A stretch of DNA of 64,000 bases from Gemmatimonas sp. (GCA_965279375.1 OZ257156.1:3136001-3200000); one strand, 5' to 3'; positions 1 through 10,347 are shown, numbered from the stretch's first letter. Notes: generated by a model not told the origin, from the letters alone. A program made the numbers and translations.

Positions 1-166
1 CGAACGTTCGCGTCAAACAAACGGCGCGCTAGGTCTCAGAGTCCGACAAACTCAACTGCAGGTATCGACGACCGCCTTCGGAATCTGAAACGCGACATTT
101 GCGTCCGCCTTTCGTCCCAGCTTTTGCGAACGCTTCGGCCGGTCGCACTCAACGCGTGTCGCGCAT

Positions 167-1408
167 TTACTCGTAGCGCAGTGCTTCGATGGGATCGAGC
201 GCGGAAGCGCGCCTCGCGGGGAGCAACCCGAAGATGATGCCGATCGCGACGGAGACGCACACCGCGATGATGGTCAGGCCAATCGGGACTGGCGCATCGA
301 CCGCAAGCGCGAGTGATGCGATGCGTCCCAATGCGAGTCCGACGACTATGCCGATCGCGCCACCAATTCCGGTGAGCGTCGACGCTTCAATCAGAAATTG
401 AAACAGGATATCGCGCTTCGTCGCACCGAGTGCCTTGCGTACGCCGATTTCGCGCGTGCGGCTGGTGACGGAGACCGTCATGATCGCCATCACGCCAATG
501 CCGCCCACAAGCAGTGCCACGGCCGACAGCACGATCATGACGAGGAAGAAGACGCTCGTCAGGTTGTTGAAGGTGTCGAGCACCTGATCCTGCGTGATGA
601 CGTCGAACGTGTTGCCATCGCTGGGGCGCAATCGACGTGCCTCGCGCAGCGACATGATCACAGCGCCTTGGGCGTCGGCAACGCTCACACCATCGCGCGG
701 CTTGACGGGGATCCAGAGCCCGTTGGTGCGATCGAAGTCGAACTGGTGATCGAGCAGCTTGTACGGCACCACGGCACCGACGGCCTGCCCGGGTGGTGCG
801 AAGATGTTGCCCGGTTCCTGCCAAAGGCCGATCACCTCCACGGGGCGACCGCCGACACGCACCCATTTGCCGAGGCTCTGTTCGCGACCGAAGAGGCGCA
901 GCGCGGTTCGTTCCTGCAGCACCACAACGGAAGCACCGGACTCCATTTCACTCCTGCTGAACCAACGGCCCGATTGCAGCTCGCCCCCCTGAATGAGCTG
1001 AAAGCCGTCGTCCGCGCCGAACACCGCCACCGGCTGTGATCGCTCCCCGGCATATTCCACGCGTGCAAGCGCCTGTCCCCAGATCCCCGCGTAGCCGACC
1101 TCCGGGAGTTTGCGAATGCGTTCCGCTTCGCGCTCGCTCATCTCCGGGCGGATGCGTACGTCCTTGGGAAGATCGTCCGGGTTGAGCGGCACCTGCGAAA
1201 ATTTCCGCAGCACGTAAAACGTGTTGGGCCCCGCGATCTCGAAGGTGTGCGCTATCTGCTGCTGAATGCCTTGGACGATCGCGGCCATCGCCATCACCGT
1301 CGCCACCCCGATCACCACGCCAAGAATCGTCAGCGCGGAGCGCAACTTGTTTGCACGTAGCGACTCGATCGCAATGCGAATGTTCTCGCCCATCGCATCG
1401 ACGCGCAT
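167..1408 (-). CDS. ABC transporter permease, MacB/FtsX family (pair 4, B-type)
   Basis: N-term TM after 'NKLRSALTILG', periplasmic domain, C-term 'GGIGVMAIM..SVT.RTREIGVRKALGA...LDPIEALRYE'. Confidence 0.92.
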   Translation of the reverse strand: MRVDAMGENIRIAIESLRANKLRSALTILGVVIGVATVMAMAAIVQGIQQQIAHTFEIAGPNTFYVLRKFSQVPLNPDDLPKDVRIRPEMSEREAERIRKLPEVGYAGIWGQALARVEYAGERSQPVAVFGADDGFQLIQGGELQSGRWFSRSEMESGASVVVLQERTALRLFGREQSLGKWVRVGGRPVEVIGLWQEPGNIFAPPGQAVGAVVPYKLLDHQFDFDRTNGLWIPVKPRDGVSVADAQGAVIMSLREARRLRPSDGNTFDVITQDQVLDTFNNLTSVFFLVMIVLSAVALLVGGIGVMAIMTVSVTSRTREIGVRKALGATKRDILFQFLIEASTLTGIGGAIGIVVGLALGRIASLALAVDAPVPIGLTIIAVCVSVAIGIIFGLLPARRASALDPIEALRYE

Positions 1409-1411
1409 GGA

Positions 1412-2656
1412 TCAGGTCTCCGCGCGCATGGCGGTGATCGGATCGAGCTTGGACGCGCGCGTCGCCGGGTACACGCCAAACAGCACTCCGATGCCCGCGC
1501 CGAGGGTGAGCGCGAGCGCGATCGACCATCCGGTGACGCGGGCGGGCAGGGGAGAGAAGGCCGCGATCGCCTGAGCGAGACTCCAACCCGCGATCACACC
1601 GAGGATGCCGCCGAGGAGCGCGAGCGCGACCGCTTCGGCGAGAAACTGGCGTCGGATGTCCACCGATGTGGCGCCGACCGCTTTGCGCAGCCCGATCTCG
1701 TGCGTTCGCTCGGTCACGGCCATCAGCATGATGTTCATGATGACAATGCCGCCCACCAGCACGCCGATCATGACGACCGCAGGGACCACCGCAAAGAGCA
1801 CGCTGGTCAACTGATTCCAGAACTCCAGCAGCGCGTCTGCCGTATCGATCGAAAAGTTGTTCGCATCGGTCGGACGCAGCCCGCGCGCGACGCGCATGGC
1901 TTCTTCGGCACGCGCCATTGCCGGCGCGACCTCTGCCGCTTCACGCAACTTGACCGAAACCGTGGTGGTCTGTCGCCGACCGTAGATCGATTCGAACGCG
2001 GTGATGGGGATCAGCGCGAAGCCGTCGAACGACTGTCCAAGCACGCGCCCTTTCCGAGCGACCACGCCAACGATCGTGAAGCGCTGGCCCATAATGCGCA
2101 CTTCCTGGTCGATCGGCTCGGCGCCATCGAACAACGTCTTGGCAACGTCCGCTCCCACGACCGCGACGTTGCGACGCTCCCGCACGTCGATCTCGCTGAG
2201 CGGGCGGCCATCGGAGAATCGATAGTCCTGCACGACTTGATAGTCGCTCGTGACGCCGAAGAGCTGCACACTGCCTAACGTGCGATCGCGCCACACGACG
2301 TCGGCCTGCGGCGTGGGCCACCCCGACTGCAGGCTGATGGCCAGCGCATTCGGGAGCGCGGCGCGCACCGCCTCCGCATCCGCCTCGCTGATCTTGGGAC
2401 GGCGCTGCAGCACACGGTACTGATCGTCGTTGAACAGTCCTAGACTGATCGGGACGCGTCGCAGCTGGAAGGTGTTCATGCCGATCATGGCGTCGGCAAT
2501 GTTCTCCTTCACGTACGCATTCATGCCCTGAATGATCGCCACGACGGCGACCAGAAATCCCACCGACACTACAATGCCCAGCAGGGTGAACGCAGTCCGC
2601 AGCGGATTCACCCGAAGCTGTCCCAACGCCATGCGGAGTACGTCCGAGAATCGCAT
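1412..2656 (-). CDS. ABC transporter permease, MacB/FtsX family (pair 4, A-type)
   Basis: Start trimmed to ATG at 2656 (MRFSDVLRMAL); 'IMNIMLMAVTERTHEIGLRKAVGA...LDPITAMR'. Confidence 0.92.
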   Translation of the reverse strand: MRFSDVLRMALGQLRVNPLRTAFTLLGIVVSVGFLVAVVAIIQGMNAYVKENIADAMIGMNTFQLRRVPISLGLFNDDQYRVLQRRPKISEADAEAVRAALPNALAISLQSGWPTPQADVVWRDRTLGSVQLFGVTSDYQVVQDYRFSDGRPLSEIDVRERRNVAVVGADVAKTLFDGAEPIDQEVRIMGQRFTIVGVVARKGRVLGQSFDGFALIPITAFESIYGRRQTTTVSVKLREAAEVAPAMARAEEAMRVARGLRPTDANNFSIDTADALLEFWNQLTSVLFAVVPAVVMIGVLVGGIVIMNIMLMAVTERTHEIGLRKAVGATSVDIRRQFLAEAVALALLGGILGVIAGWSLAQAIAAFSPLPARVTGWSIALALTLGAGIGVLFGVYPATRASKLDPITAMRAET

Positions 2657-2669
2657 GGCGTGAGCGCGG

Positions 2670-3926
2670 TTACTCGTGCCGCAGTGCTTCGACGGGATCC
2701 AGGCGTGAGGCGCGCACGGCCGGGAGCATGCCGAACGCCACACCGGTGACGGCGCTGGCGACGAGCGCGGTCACCACGGTGGAGAGCGGGAGCGACGCAG
2801 GGATCGGACTGTTCGCACGAATCGCCCACGCCAGCAGCGCGCCGATGATCAGTCCGAGAATCGCACCGATGGACGTGAGCGTGGCCGCCTCCACCAGGAA
2901 CTGCCAGCGAATGGTGCCTGCAGTGGCACCCAGCGCCTTACGCACGCCGATTTCACGGGTCCGTTCGGTCACCGAGATCATCATGATGGCGACGACGCCT
3001 ACGCCGCCCACCAGCAGCGCCACCGCCGAAAGTGCGAGACCGACTGCGAAGATCGCACCGAACAGCTGGTTGAACGTGTCCATGATGCGGTCCTGCTCAA
3101 CCAGATAGAAATCGTTCCGATCACCCGGCTTGAGGCCGCGCCGCGCGCGCATCGATGCCAGCGTTTCGTCCATCACTTCCGACTGCACGGCATCGCTGCG
3201 CGGCCGCACGAGCAGCGACAGCCCGCGCTTGAACGCATCGAGATGACGCACTGACGCCTGCAGCGGAATGATCGCGCGCGGCGTGTCCGGCCCCTTGCCC
3301 TCGAGCGACTTGAGGAAGCCCGCCTTGGGGTGATAGATGCCAATCACGGTGAACTGCTGGCCATTGATCTGGATCTGTTTGCCCACCGGTTCCGACTGTC
3401 CGAACAGCTGCGTCTTGAGCGTGTCGTTGATCAGCACCACCGGCTGTCCGGCGTCATGCTCATTCTTGGTGTAGTTGCGGCCCGGGAAAATGTCCGCCGC
3501 ATCCACCATCGGCCACTCGCTGCTGTACGCGTCGTAGCCGACGTTGTCCACGCGGCTGTTGCGATACGAAAAGTTGCCTTGGCCGCCCAGCACGCCGATA
3601 ACGGTCTCGACGCCGGGCACGCGCTTGATCATCTCCCACTCGTCGAAGGAGATCGCCGGGTTGCGTCGATCGGGGCACTTCTCGTCGGTACCGTCGCAGG
3701 CGTTGATGCCCGCGCCCTGACGCTGCACGATGAACGTGGTCGCGCCGATCGCCTGCAGGTCTTGCTGGAACGACTGGCGAATGCCGTTGACGACCGAGCC
3801 CATCGCCACGACGACGAACACGCCGATGGCCACGCCCGCGATCGTCAGTGCGGCGCGCACCTTGTTGATGCGGATGGCCTCGAGCGCCATACCCACACCC
3901 TCGAGGATCAGGAGAAAACGATTCAT
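2670..3926 (-). CDS. ABC transporter permease, MacB/FtsX family (pair 3, B-type)
   Basis: ATG at 3926 (MNRFLL) with AGGAG upstream; 'SVTERTREIGVRKALGA...LDPVEALRHE'; CDGTDEKC loop. Confidence 0.92.
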   Translation of the reverse strand: MNRFLLILEGVGMALEAIRINKVRAALTIAGVAIGVFVVVAMGSVVNGIRQSFQQDLQAIGATTFIVQRQGAGINACDGTDEKCPDRRNPAISFDEWEMIKRVPGVETVIGVLGGQGNFSYRNSRVDNVGYDAYSSEWPMVDAADIFPGRNYTKNEHDAGQPVVLINDTLKTQLFGQSEPVGKQIQINGQQFTVIGIYHPKAGFLKSLEGKGPDTPRAIIPLQASVRHLDAFKRGLSLLVRPRSDAVQSEVMDETLASMRARRGLKPGDRNDFYLVEQDRIMDTFNQLFGAIFAVGLALSAVALLVGGVGVVAIMMISVTERTREIGVRKALGATAGTIRWQFLVEAATLTSIGAILGLIIGALLAWAIRANSPIPASLPLSTVVTALVASAVTGVAFGMLPAVRASRLDPVEALRHE

Positions 3927-3930
3927 GCGA

Positions 3931-5172
3931 CTACTCCTGACGAAGGGCAGTGATGGGGTCGAGCTTGGACGCGCGACTGGCCGGATACATGCCGGCGGCG
4001 ATGCCGACGCCCGCACCCGTGAGCAACGCCGCGCCGATAGACCACGGCGCCACGGCCGCGGGCAACGGCGTCAGTGCCGCGATGGTCCACGCGAGACCGA
4101 TGCCCAGCGCGATACCAATGGCGGCGCCGAGTACGCTGAGCGTCGTCGCCTCCACCAGAAACTGGGAGAGAATGTCCGAGCGCTTGGCGCCAAGCGCCTT
4201 GCGGATGCCGATCTCGCGCGTGCGCTCGGCAACGGCCACGAGCATGATGTTCATGATCACCATCGCGCCCACGACAAGGCTGATGGCCGGGAGCGCCGTG
4301 CCAAAGAGCACGAGGCGTCCCTTGAGTTCGTTGATGAAGCCGAACGCGGCGTCCTGCGTGACGAGTCCGAAGTCATCCGCCTCGCCCGCGCGGAGTCCGC
4401 GAATGGAGCGCAGCGCGCTGCGCGCCAGCTCGATGCCCTCATCGATCTCGGGGCGCGTGTTGGCCTGCACAATCAGCGATCCGATATCGCCGCGCGGACG
4501 GATGATGCGCCCCATCGGCGAGGTGCGCGGCGCGATGGCCAATCGATCAAGGGAGAAGCCGAACACCGACCCCTGCTTCTCTACGACGCCGATCACCGTG
4601 AACGGGATACCGCCGATTTTCAGCGTCCGTCCTTCGGCGTTCAAACCACCAAAGAAGTGCTCGGCCACTTCCACGCCGATCACCAGCACTGGCGAACCGG
4701 TGCGCACCTCCTGATCGGTGAAAGCGCGACCGGTCGTGATACCGAACTTCTTGATCGAGAAGTACTCCGCGTCGGTAGCGACCGTCTGCACCTGCTTGGG
4801 GCGCACGCCGGGCGCCGTCGCGTAGGTGAACGATTCCGACGTCGCAGCCGATGGCATCGTCGGCGGCAGTGCGGCGCGCACGGCATCGACGTCGGTCATC
4901 CTGATCAGCGGACGGCGCGCGGCGTTTCGGAAGTCCTGCCCGCGATTGCCACCGGGGCCGACGTTGTCGAAGCGGCGCAGCGTGAACGTGTTGGCGCCGA
5001 TCAACTTGCCGGCAAAATCTTCTTCGACGTAGCGCCCCATCCCTTCGACGATGGATACGACGGCGATGAGGAACATCACGCCGATCGTTACGCCGAGGAG
5101 GGTGAACGCGCTCTTCAGCTTCTGGACGCGAAGCTGGGACAGGGCCAGGCCAATGGCATCACGGGTCTTCAC
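3931..5172 (-). CDS. ABC transporter permease, MacB/FtsX family (pair 3, A-type)
   Basis: GTG start; 'QKLKSAFTLLG', 'IMNIMLVAVAERTREIGIRKALGA...LDPITALRQE'. Confidence 0.92.
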   Translation of the reverse strand: MKTRDAIGLALSQLRVQKLKSAFTLLGVTIGVMFLIAVVSIVEGMGRYVEEDFAGKLIGANTFTLRRFDNVGPGGNRGQDFRNAARRPLIRMTDVDAVRAALPPTMPSAATSESFTYATAPGVRPKQVQTVATDAEYFSIKKFGITTGRAFTDQEVRTGSPVLVIGVEVAEHFFGGLNAEGRTLKIGGIPFTVIGVVEKQGSVFGFSLDRLAIAPRTSPMGRIIRPRGDIGSLIVQANTRPEIDEGIELARSALRSIRGLRAGEADDFGLVTQDAAFGFINELKGRLVLFGTALPAISLVVGAMVIMNIMLVAVAERTREIGIRKALGAKRSDILSQFLVEATTLSVLGAAIGIALGIGLAWTIAALTPLPAAVAPWSIGAALLTGAGVGIAAGMYPASRASKLDPITALRQE

Positions 5173-5194
5173 CCCTCAACAATAACCCAATCGC

Positions 5195-6460
5195 CTACTC
5201 GTGACGCAGGGCCTCCACTGGATCCATGCGGGAGGCGCGCATGGCTGGAGCGGTTCCGAAGACGACACCGGTCAGGATGCTGGCGCCGATCGCCGTGAAG
5301 ATCGCCGAGACCGGCACGGAGGTGGGTACCGGGGTGTAGGTGCGGACCAGCCACGCCAGCACGGTCCCGATCAGCAGGCCGATCGACGCACCGACCGAGG
5401 TCAGCGTCGCCGCCTCGACGAGAAACTGCCAGAGAATCGTGGCACTCGTCGCACCGAGGGCCTTCCGCACGCCGATTTCGCGAGTACGCTCGGTCACGGA
5501 GATCATCATGATCGCCACCACGCCGACCCCACCCACCAGCAGCCCGACCGCGGACAGCGCGAGCCCCACCAGGAAGATCGCGCCGAAAAGCTGGTCGAAG
5601 GTCTCCATCATGCGATCCTGAGCCACGAGCGCGAAGTTGTTGGGCTGGACCGGCTTGAGGCCACGGTGGGCACGCAAGTACGCCGTGACCGCGTCCTGTG
5701 CGTCCGAGACGGGGACCTCCGGACGCGGCTGCACGAAGAGTTGGAGACCCGGTCGCCAGACGTCGAGGTGACGATAGGCGGTGAGCATCGGCAGTAGCGC
5801 GCGGGGGCGGTCGGGGCCGCGCCCGTCGAGCGTCTTGAGGAAGCCCGCCTTTGTATGAAAGACCCCAATGACGCTGAACTGCTTGCCCTCGATCTGGATG
5901 TCCTTCCCGATCGGGTCGCTGTCGCCGAACAGACGACTCTTGAGCGAGTCGTTGATGATGACGACCTGCGCACCAGCATCGTGCTCCGACGCCGAGAAGC
6001 TGCGCCCCGGGGCGATGTCGGCTTGATCGGTCTTGATCCAGTCGGGGCTCTGCGCGTCGTATCCGACGTCCTTGAGATGCCGGTCGTGATACTCGAAGCG
6101 CGTCTGTCCCCCGAGTACGGCCGTTGCCGTCGCGATCTCGGGCAACCTGCGGATCGCGGAGAACTCGGCGAGCGTGATCGCCGGGTTGCGTCGCTCGGGG
6201 CAGGTGTCATCCGTGCCGTCGCAGGCGTTGAACCCGATGCCGCGACGGCGCACCTGAAACGTGGTCACCCCGAACTCGTCGAGGTCCGCCTGAAAGCTCT
6301 GGCGAATGCCGTTGACCGTCGCGCCCATCGCCACCACAACGAAGACGCCGATCGCCACACCCGCGATCGTGAGTCCGGCCCGGACCTTGTTCGCACGCAT
6401 GGCATCGAGCGCCATGCCGATGCCTTCCAGCGCCATGAGCACCCGGTCGACCAGACGCAT
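5195..6460 (-). CDS. ABC transporter permease, MacB/FtsX family (pair 2, B-type)
   Basis: ATG at 6460 (MRLVDRV) with AGGAG upstream; MacB C-term motif; CDGTDDTC loop. Confidence 0.92.
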   Translation of the reverse strand: MRLVDRVLMALEGIGMALDAMRANKVRAGLTIAGVAIGVFVVVAMGATVNGIRQSFQADLDEFGVTTFQVRRRGIGFNACDGTDDTCPERRNPAITLAEFSAIRRLPEIATATAVLGGQTRFEYHDRHLKDVGYDAQSPDWIKTDQADIAPGRSFSASEHDAGAQVVIINDSLKSRLFGDSDPIGKDIQIEGKQFSVIGVFHTKAGFLKTLDGRGPDRPRALLPMLTAYRHLDVWRPGLQLFVQPRPEVPVSDAQDAVTAYLRAHRGLKPVQPNNFALVAQDRMMETFDQLFGAIFLVGLALSAVGLLVGGVGVVAIMMISVTERTREIGVRKALGATSATILWQFLVEAATLTSVGASIGLLIGTVLAWLVRTYTPVPTSVPVSAIFTAIGASILTGVVFGTAPAMRASRMDPVEALRHE

Positions 6461-6465
6461 GTGCG

Positions 6466-7701
6466 CTACTCCTGCCGCAGCGCGGCGATGGGATCGAGGC
6501 GCGCGGCACGACTGGCCGGATAAATCCCTGCGGCGATGCCCACGCCCGCACCCACCACCAACGCCGCGACGATCGACCACGGCGCAACGGCGGCGGGCAG
6601 CGGTGTGGTTGCCGCGATGATCGCGGCCAGACCGATACCAAGTGCAATCCCGACGGCGGCCCCGAGCACGCTCAGCGTCGCGGACTCCACGAGAAATTGC
6701 GCCATGATGTCGCGCCGGCGCGCGCCGAGTGCCTTGCGAACGCCGATCTCGCGCGTGCGTTCGGCGACCGCGACCAGCATGATGTTCATGATGACCATCG
6801 CGCCGACCACCAGACCAATCGCCGGCAGCGCCGTCCCGAAGATCACCATCTTCGACTTGATGCCGTCAAAGAAGGCCATGGCTTCGTCCTGAGTCTCGAG
6901 CGCGAAGTTGTCGGGCTTGCCCGGCGGGAGCTTGCGAACCGCACGCAGCACCTCGCGGGACGCATCCATGCCGTCGGTCACCAGCAACGACGTCGGAGCC
7001 TGCACGACAAGCGACTCGATGTCCCCGTTCGGCCGAATTGCACGCTGCAACGGACTCGAATACGGCGCGATCGCCATGCGATCGAGGGAGAAGCCGAACA
7101 CGGTCCCCTGCTTCTCGATCTCGCCGATGATCTCGTAGGGCACACCGGCGATGCGCAGTTCGCGTCCGATGGGATCGAGCCCCTTGAAGAAGTGCTCTGC
7201 GACCTCCACGCCGATGACGATAACGGGCAGGCCGGCCGCGACTTCCTGCGGACCGAAGGCACGCCCCCGCTCGACGTTGAACTTCTTGATCGTGAAGTAA
7301 TCGGCATCGGTCGCGATCGCCTGCACCTGACGCGGTCGATTGTACGGCGACTTGGCGTTCAGAAACGATTCGCTGGTGATGGCGGAACGCGAGCCCGGCG
7401 GGAGCGCGGCGCGAACCAACGCCGCATCAGTCGCGTACAGGCGCGGTCTGCGTTGAATCTCCCGCCAGTCGAGATTCTCGTCGGTGTTGAAGTCGTTCCA
7501 CCGGCGCAGTGTGAAGGTGTTCACGCCGAACAGCTTTCCGGCGAAATCATTCTCGACGTAGTTGCTCATGCCCTGCACGATCGACACCACTGCGATCAGG
7601 AACATCACGCCAATCGTCACTCCGATCAGCGTGAAGAAGCTCTTCAGCTTTTGTACGCGAATGGTGTTGAGCGCAAGCCAGACAGCATCGAGAAATGGCA
7701 T
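6466..7701 (-). CDS. ABC transporter permease, MacB/FtsX family (pair 2, A-type)
   Basis: 'QKLKSFFTLIG', 'AERTREIGVRKALGA...LDPIAALRQE'. Confidence 0.92.
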   Translation of the reverse strand: MPFLDAVWLALNTIRVQKLKSFFTLIGVTIGVMFLIAVVSIVQGMSNYVENDFAGKLFGVNTFTLRRWNDFNTDENLDWREIQRRPRLYATDAALVRAALPPGSRSAITSESFLNAKSPYNRPRQVQAIATDADYFTIKKFNVERGRAFGPQEVAAGLPVIVIGVEVAEHFFKGLDPIGRELRIAGVPYEIIGEIEKQGTVFGFSLDRMAIAPYSSPLQRAIRPNGDIESLVVQAPTSLLVTDGMDASREVLRAVRKLPPGKPDNFALETQDEAMAFFDGIKSKMVIFGTALPAIGLVVGAMVIMNIMLVAVAERTREIGVRKALGARRRDIMAQFLVESATLSVLGAAVGIALGIGLAAIIAATTPLPAAVAPWSIVAALVVGAGVGIAAGIYPASRAARLDPIAALRQE

Positions 7702-7710
7702 GCGGCGTTC

Positions 7711-8964
7711 CTACTCGTACCGCAGCGCTTCCACCGGATCCAGCCGCGACGCCCGACTGGCGGGCAGCAGCCCGAACAGAATGCCCGTCACACAGCTTGC
7801 GCCGAGCGCTGCGACGACGGCCATCGGCGGGATCGACGCTTCCACGGGAGTGGTGTTGCGAATGATCAGCGCACCCAGCCAGCCGATGAACAGCCCGATC
7901 GCGCCGCCGATTCCGGTGAGCGTGGCCGCTTCGACAAGGAACTGCCAGAGAATCGTCGCCCGCGTGGCGCCGAGCGCCTTTCGCACACCGATCTCACGCG
8001 TCCGTTCGGTCACGGAGATCATCATGATCGCCACCACGCCCACTCCGCCCACGATCAAGCCGACCGCCGACAGCGCGATCATGACGAGGAAGAACATGCC
8101 GAAGATCTTGTCGTACGTCTCCATCAGCTTGTCCTGCGTGATGATCGCGAACGACGACTCATCGCGCGGCCGCGCTCCACGCTGGCCACGCAGCGACGCC
8201 GTAACGTCGTCCACCGCCTGGTCGCGCGTGGTCTCCGGGCGCGGCTTCACGGCCAACGCGATGTCATTCTCTCGCGCCCCAACGTGGCGAATCAGCGCCT
8301 GCAGCGGCACGACAGCCTTGGGTCGCTCTCCGCCAGAGAGAAAGCTCGCGTTGTCCTTGTAGACGCCGATGACCTCAAAGGGTACACCGTTCATCGTGAC
8401 GACCTTGCCGATCGGATCGAGCTCGTCGAAAAGGCGCTCCTTCATGAGCTTGGAGATCACCACCACACGAGCGCCCGTGCGCGCTTCCGCAGCAGTGAAG
8501 GCACGACCCGGAAAAATCTCCGGTGCGCTGATGCTGGTCCACTCGGCGGAGTACCCTTCCAGCGGAGCCGACGGGAGATTGCGTTCGCGATACTTGACCG
8601 ACGCGCTCCAGTCGAGGCGTACGCCCACCGTCTCCAGTGAGGTGATGCGCTGCAACGCTTCGACTTCCGACAGACGGATGGGTGGATTGCGCAGCCACTT
8701 GCAGGTGTCGTCCGAACCGTCGCAGTTCTCGAAGCTGATTGGGTAACGCGAGACGAAGAAGGTGGTCGGGCCGGTGCTGGCGAAGTCCTTGGCGACCGAC
8801 TGGTTGATGCCGTGCACTGCGGCCGACATCGCGACGACGACGAACACGCCCACGGCGATGCCCAGAATCGTCAAGCCGGCACGGACACGATTGGCGTTGA
8901 TCGCGTCGAGCGCGATGCGCACACCTTCGCCAACGGCGGAGAGTCGAGTGACAATGGCGCGCAT
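7711..8964 (-). CDS. ABC transporter permease, MacB/FtsX family (pair 1, B-type)
   Basis: 'NRVRAGLTILG', CDGSDDTC loop, '...LDPVEALRYE'. Confidence 0.92.
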   Translation of the reverse strand: MRAIVTRLSAVGEGVRIALDAINANRVRAGLTILGIAVGVFVVVAMSAAVHGINQSVAKDFASTGPTTFFVSRYPISFENCDGSDDTCKWLRNPPIRLSEVEALQRITSLETVGVRLDWSASVKYRERNLPSAPLEGYSAEWTSISAPEIFPGRAFTAAEARTGARVVVISKLMKERLFDELDPIGKVVTMNGVPFEVIGVYKDNASFLSGGERPKAVVPLQALIRHVGARENDIALAVKPRPETTRDQAVDDVTASLRGQRGARPRDESSFAIITQDKLMETYDKIFGMFFLVMIALSAVGLIVGGVGVVAIMMISVTERTREIGVRKALGATRATILWQFLVEAATLTGIGGAIGLFIGWLGALIIRNTTPVEASIPPMAVVAALGASCVTGILFGLLPASRASRLDPVEALRYE

Positions 8965-8967
8965 GTC

Positions 8968-10215
8968 TTACTCCTGCCGCAGGGCAGTGATCGGATCGAG
9001 CCGCGACGCGCGACTTGCCGGGTACACGCCAGCCACGATGCCCACCCCGGCGCCCAGCGCGACGCCAACGAAGACCGACCACGGGGCCACGCTCGCCGGT
9101 AGCGGCGAGACCGCGGCGATGACTTTTGCGAGCCCGATGCCAAGCGCGACGCCGATCGCCGAACCCACGGTGCCGAGCGTGGATGCCTCGATCAGGAACT
9201 GCGAGAGGATGTCGCGGCGCCGTGCGCCGAGCGCCTTGCGAATGCCGATCTCGCGCGTGCGTTCGGAGACGGCGACGAGCATGATGTTCATGATGACGAT
9301 GGAGCCGACCACGAGACCGATGGCGGGAAGCGCGATACCGGCGAGCACGAGATAGCGCTTGATCTTGTTCCAGAACTCGAGCGCGGAGTCGGCGGTCTGC
9401 AGCGTAAAGTTGTCCTTCTGTGCCGGACGCAGGCGACGAATGCCGCGCATGCTTGCGCGCACGAGCTCCATGTTCTCCTTCATCGACAACTCACTCGGCG
9501 ACTGAATGATCACCGCGTCGACAATGTTGGGACGCGAGTTGAGCAGACGCCGCGCCTGCGAATGCCAGGGCGCAATGAGGAAGTTGTCGAATGAGATCCC
9601 GAGTGCGCTCCCCTGAGCTTCGGCGATCCCGATCACGCGGTAGGGCACGCCACCGAGCTTCACTTCGCGGCCGATCGGATCGAGCGATGGAAACAGCCGT
9701 TCGGCCGCATCAGTGCCAATCACGACCACCTTCTCGCCGCGCTGCAGTTCCTGGCTGGTCGGTGTGCGTCCTGAGCTCACGCCGAGCTTCTTGATCTCGA
9801 AGTAGTCGCCGTCGATGGCAGTGACCTGGACGCTGCGCGGCTTGCCGCTGGATGCGGTGGTGACGTTGATCCGGTCTTCGCTGGTAATGGCCCACCGCGA
9901 GTCGGGCGGGAGGCTCTGAACGACGGCGGGGACTTCACTGATGTCGAGCCGCTGACGACGCCGGTACTCTTCCCACGTCGCTTCGTCCACGTCGCCGATG
10001 TTGATGTTCGGCCGATGCCTGAGCTCGAAGGTGTTCACGCCGATCAGTTTGCCCACCAGATCGTCCTGCATGTAGCGCCCCATGCCCTCGACAATCGACA
10101 CGACGGAGATCAGGAACATGACACCGATGCACACGCCGAGCAGCGTGAAAGCGCTCTTGAGCTTCTGCGTGCGGATGGTGTGCAGTGCGAGCCGAATGGC
10201 GTCGAAAATTGGCAT
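8968..10215 (-). CDS. ABC transporter permease, MacB/FtsX family (pair 1, A-type)
   Basis: 'QKLKSAFTLLG', 'SERTREIGIRKALGA...LDPITALRQE'. Confidence 0.92.
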   Translation of the reverse strand: MPIFDAIRLALHTIRTQKLKSAFTLLGVCIGVMFLISVVSIVEGMGRYMQDDLVGKLIGVNTFELRHRPNINIGDVDEATWEEYRRRQRLDISEVPAVVQSLPPDSRWAITSEDRINVTTASSGKPRSVQVTAIDGDYFEIKKLGVSSGRTPTSQELQRGEKVVVIGTDAAERLFPSLDPIGREVKLGGVPYRVIGIAEAQGSALGISFDNFLIAPWHSQARRLLNSRPNIVDAVIIQSPSELSMKENMELVRASMRGIRRLRPAQKDNFTLQTADSALEFWNKIKRYLVLAGIALPAIGLVVGSIVIMNIMLVAVSERTREIGIRKALGARRRDILSQFLIEASTLGTVGSAIGVALGIGLAKVIAAVSPLPASVAPWSVFVGVALGAGVGIVAGVYPASRASRLDPITALRQE

Positions 10216-10312
10216 GCGGTAGCCTCGCGGCCGGTGGGGGTCTGCGAGGAGATACGGCCTGCGCGGCGGTGAGTTTCGCGACTGAACGGCGGGTTTCGCG
10301 AGGGACGAAATG

Positions 10313-10347
10313 CAGACGAGGCGCTCGAACCTCGAGCGCCTCGTCTG
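10313..10347 (-). terminator. Perfect 16-bp stem-loop between ATPase gene and permease array (terminator/attenuator or mRNA-stabilising hairpin)
   Basis: cagacgaggcgctcga-acc-tcgagcgcctcgtctg; on minus strand followed by only a weak U tract (CATTTCGT). Confidence 0.6.
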
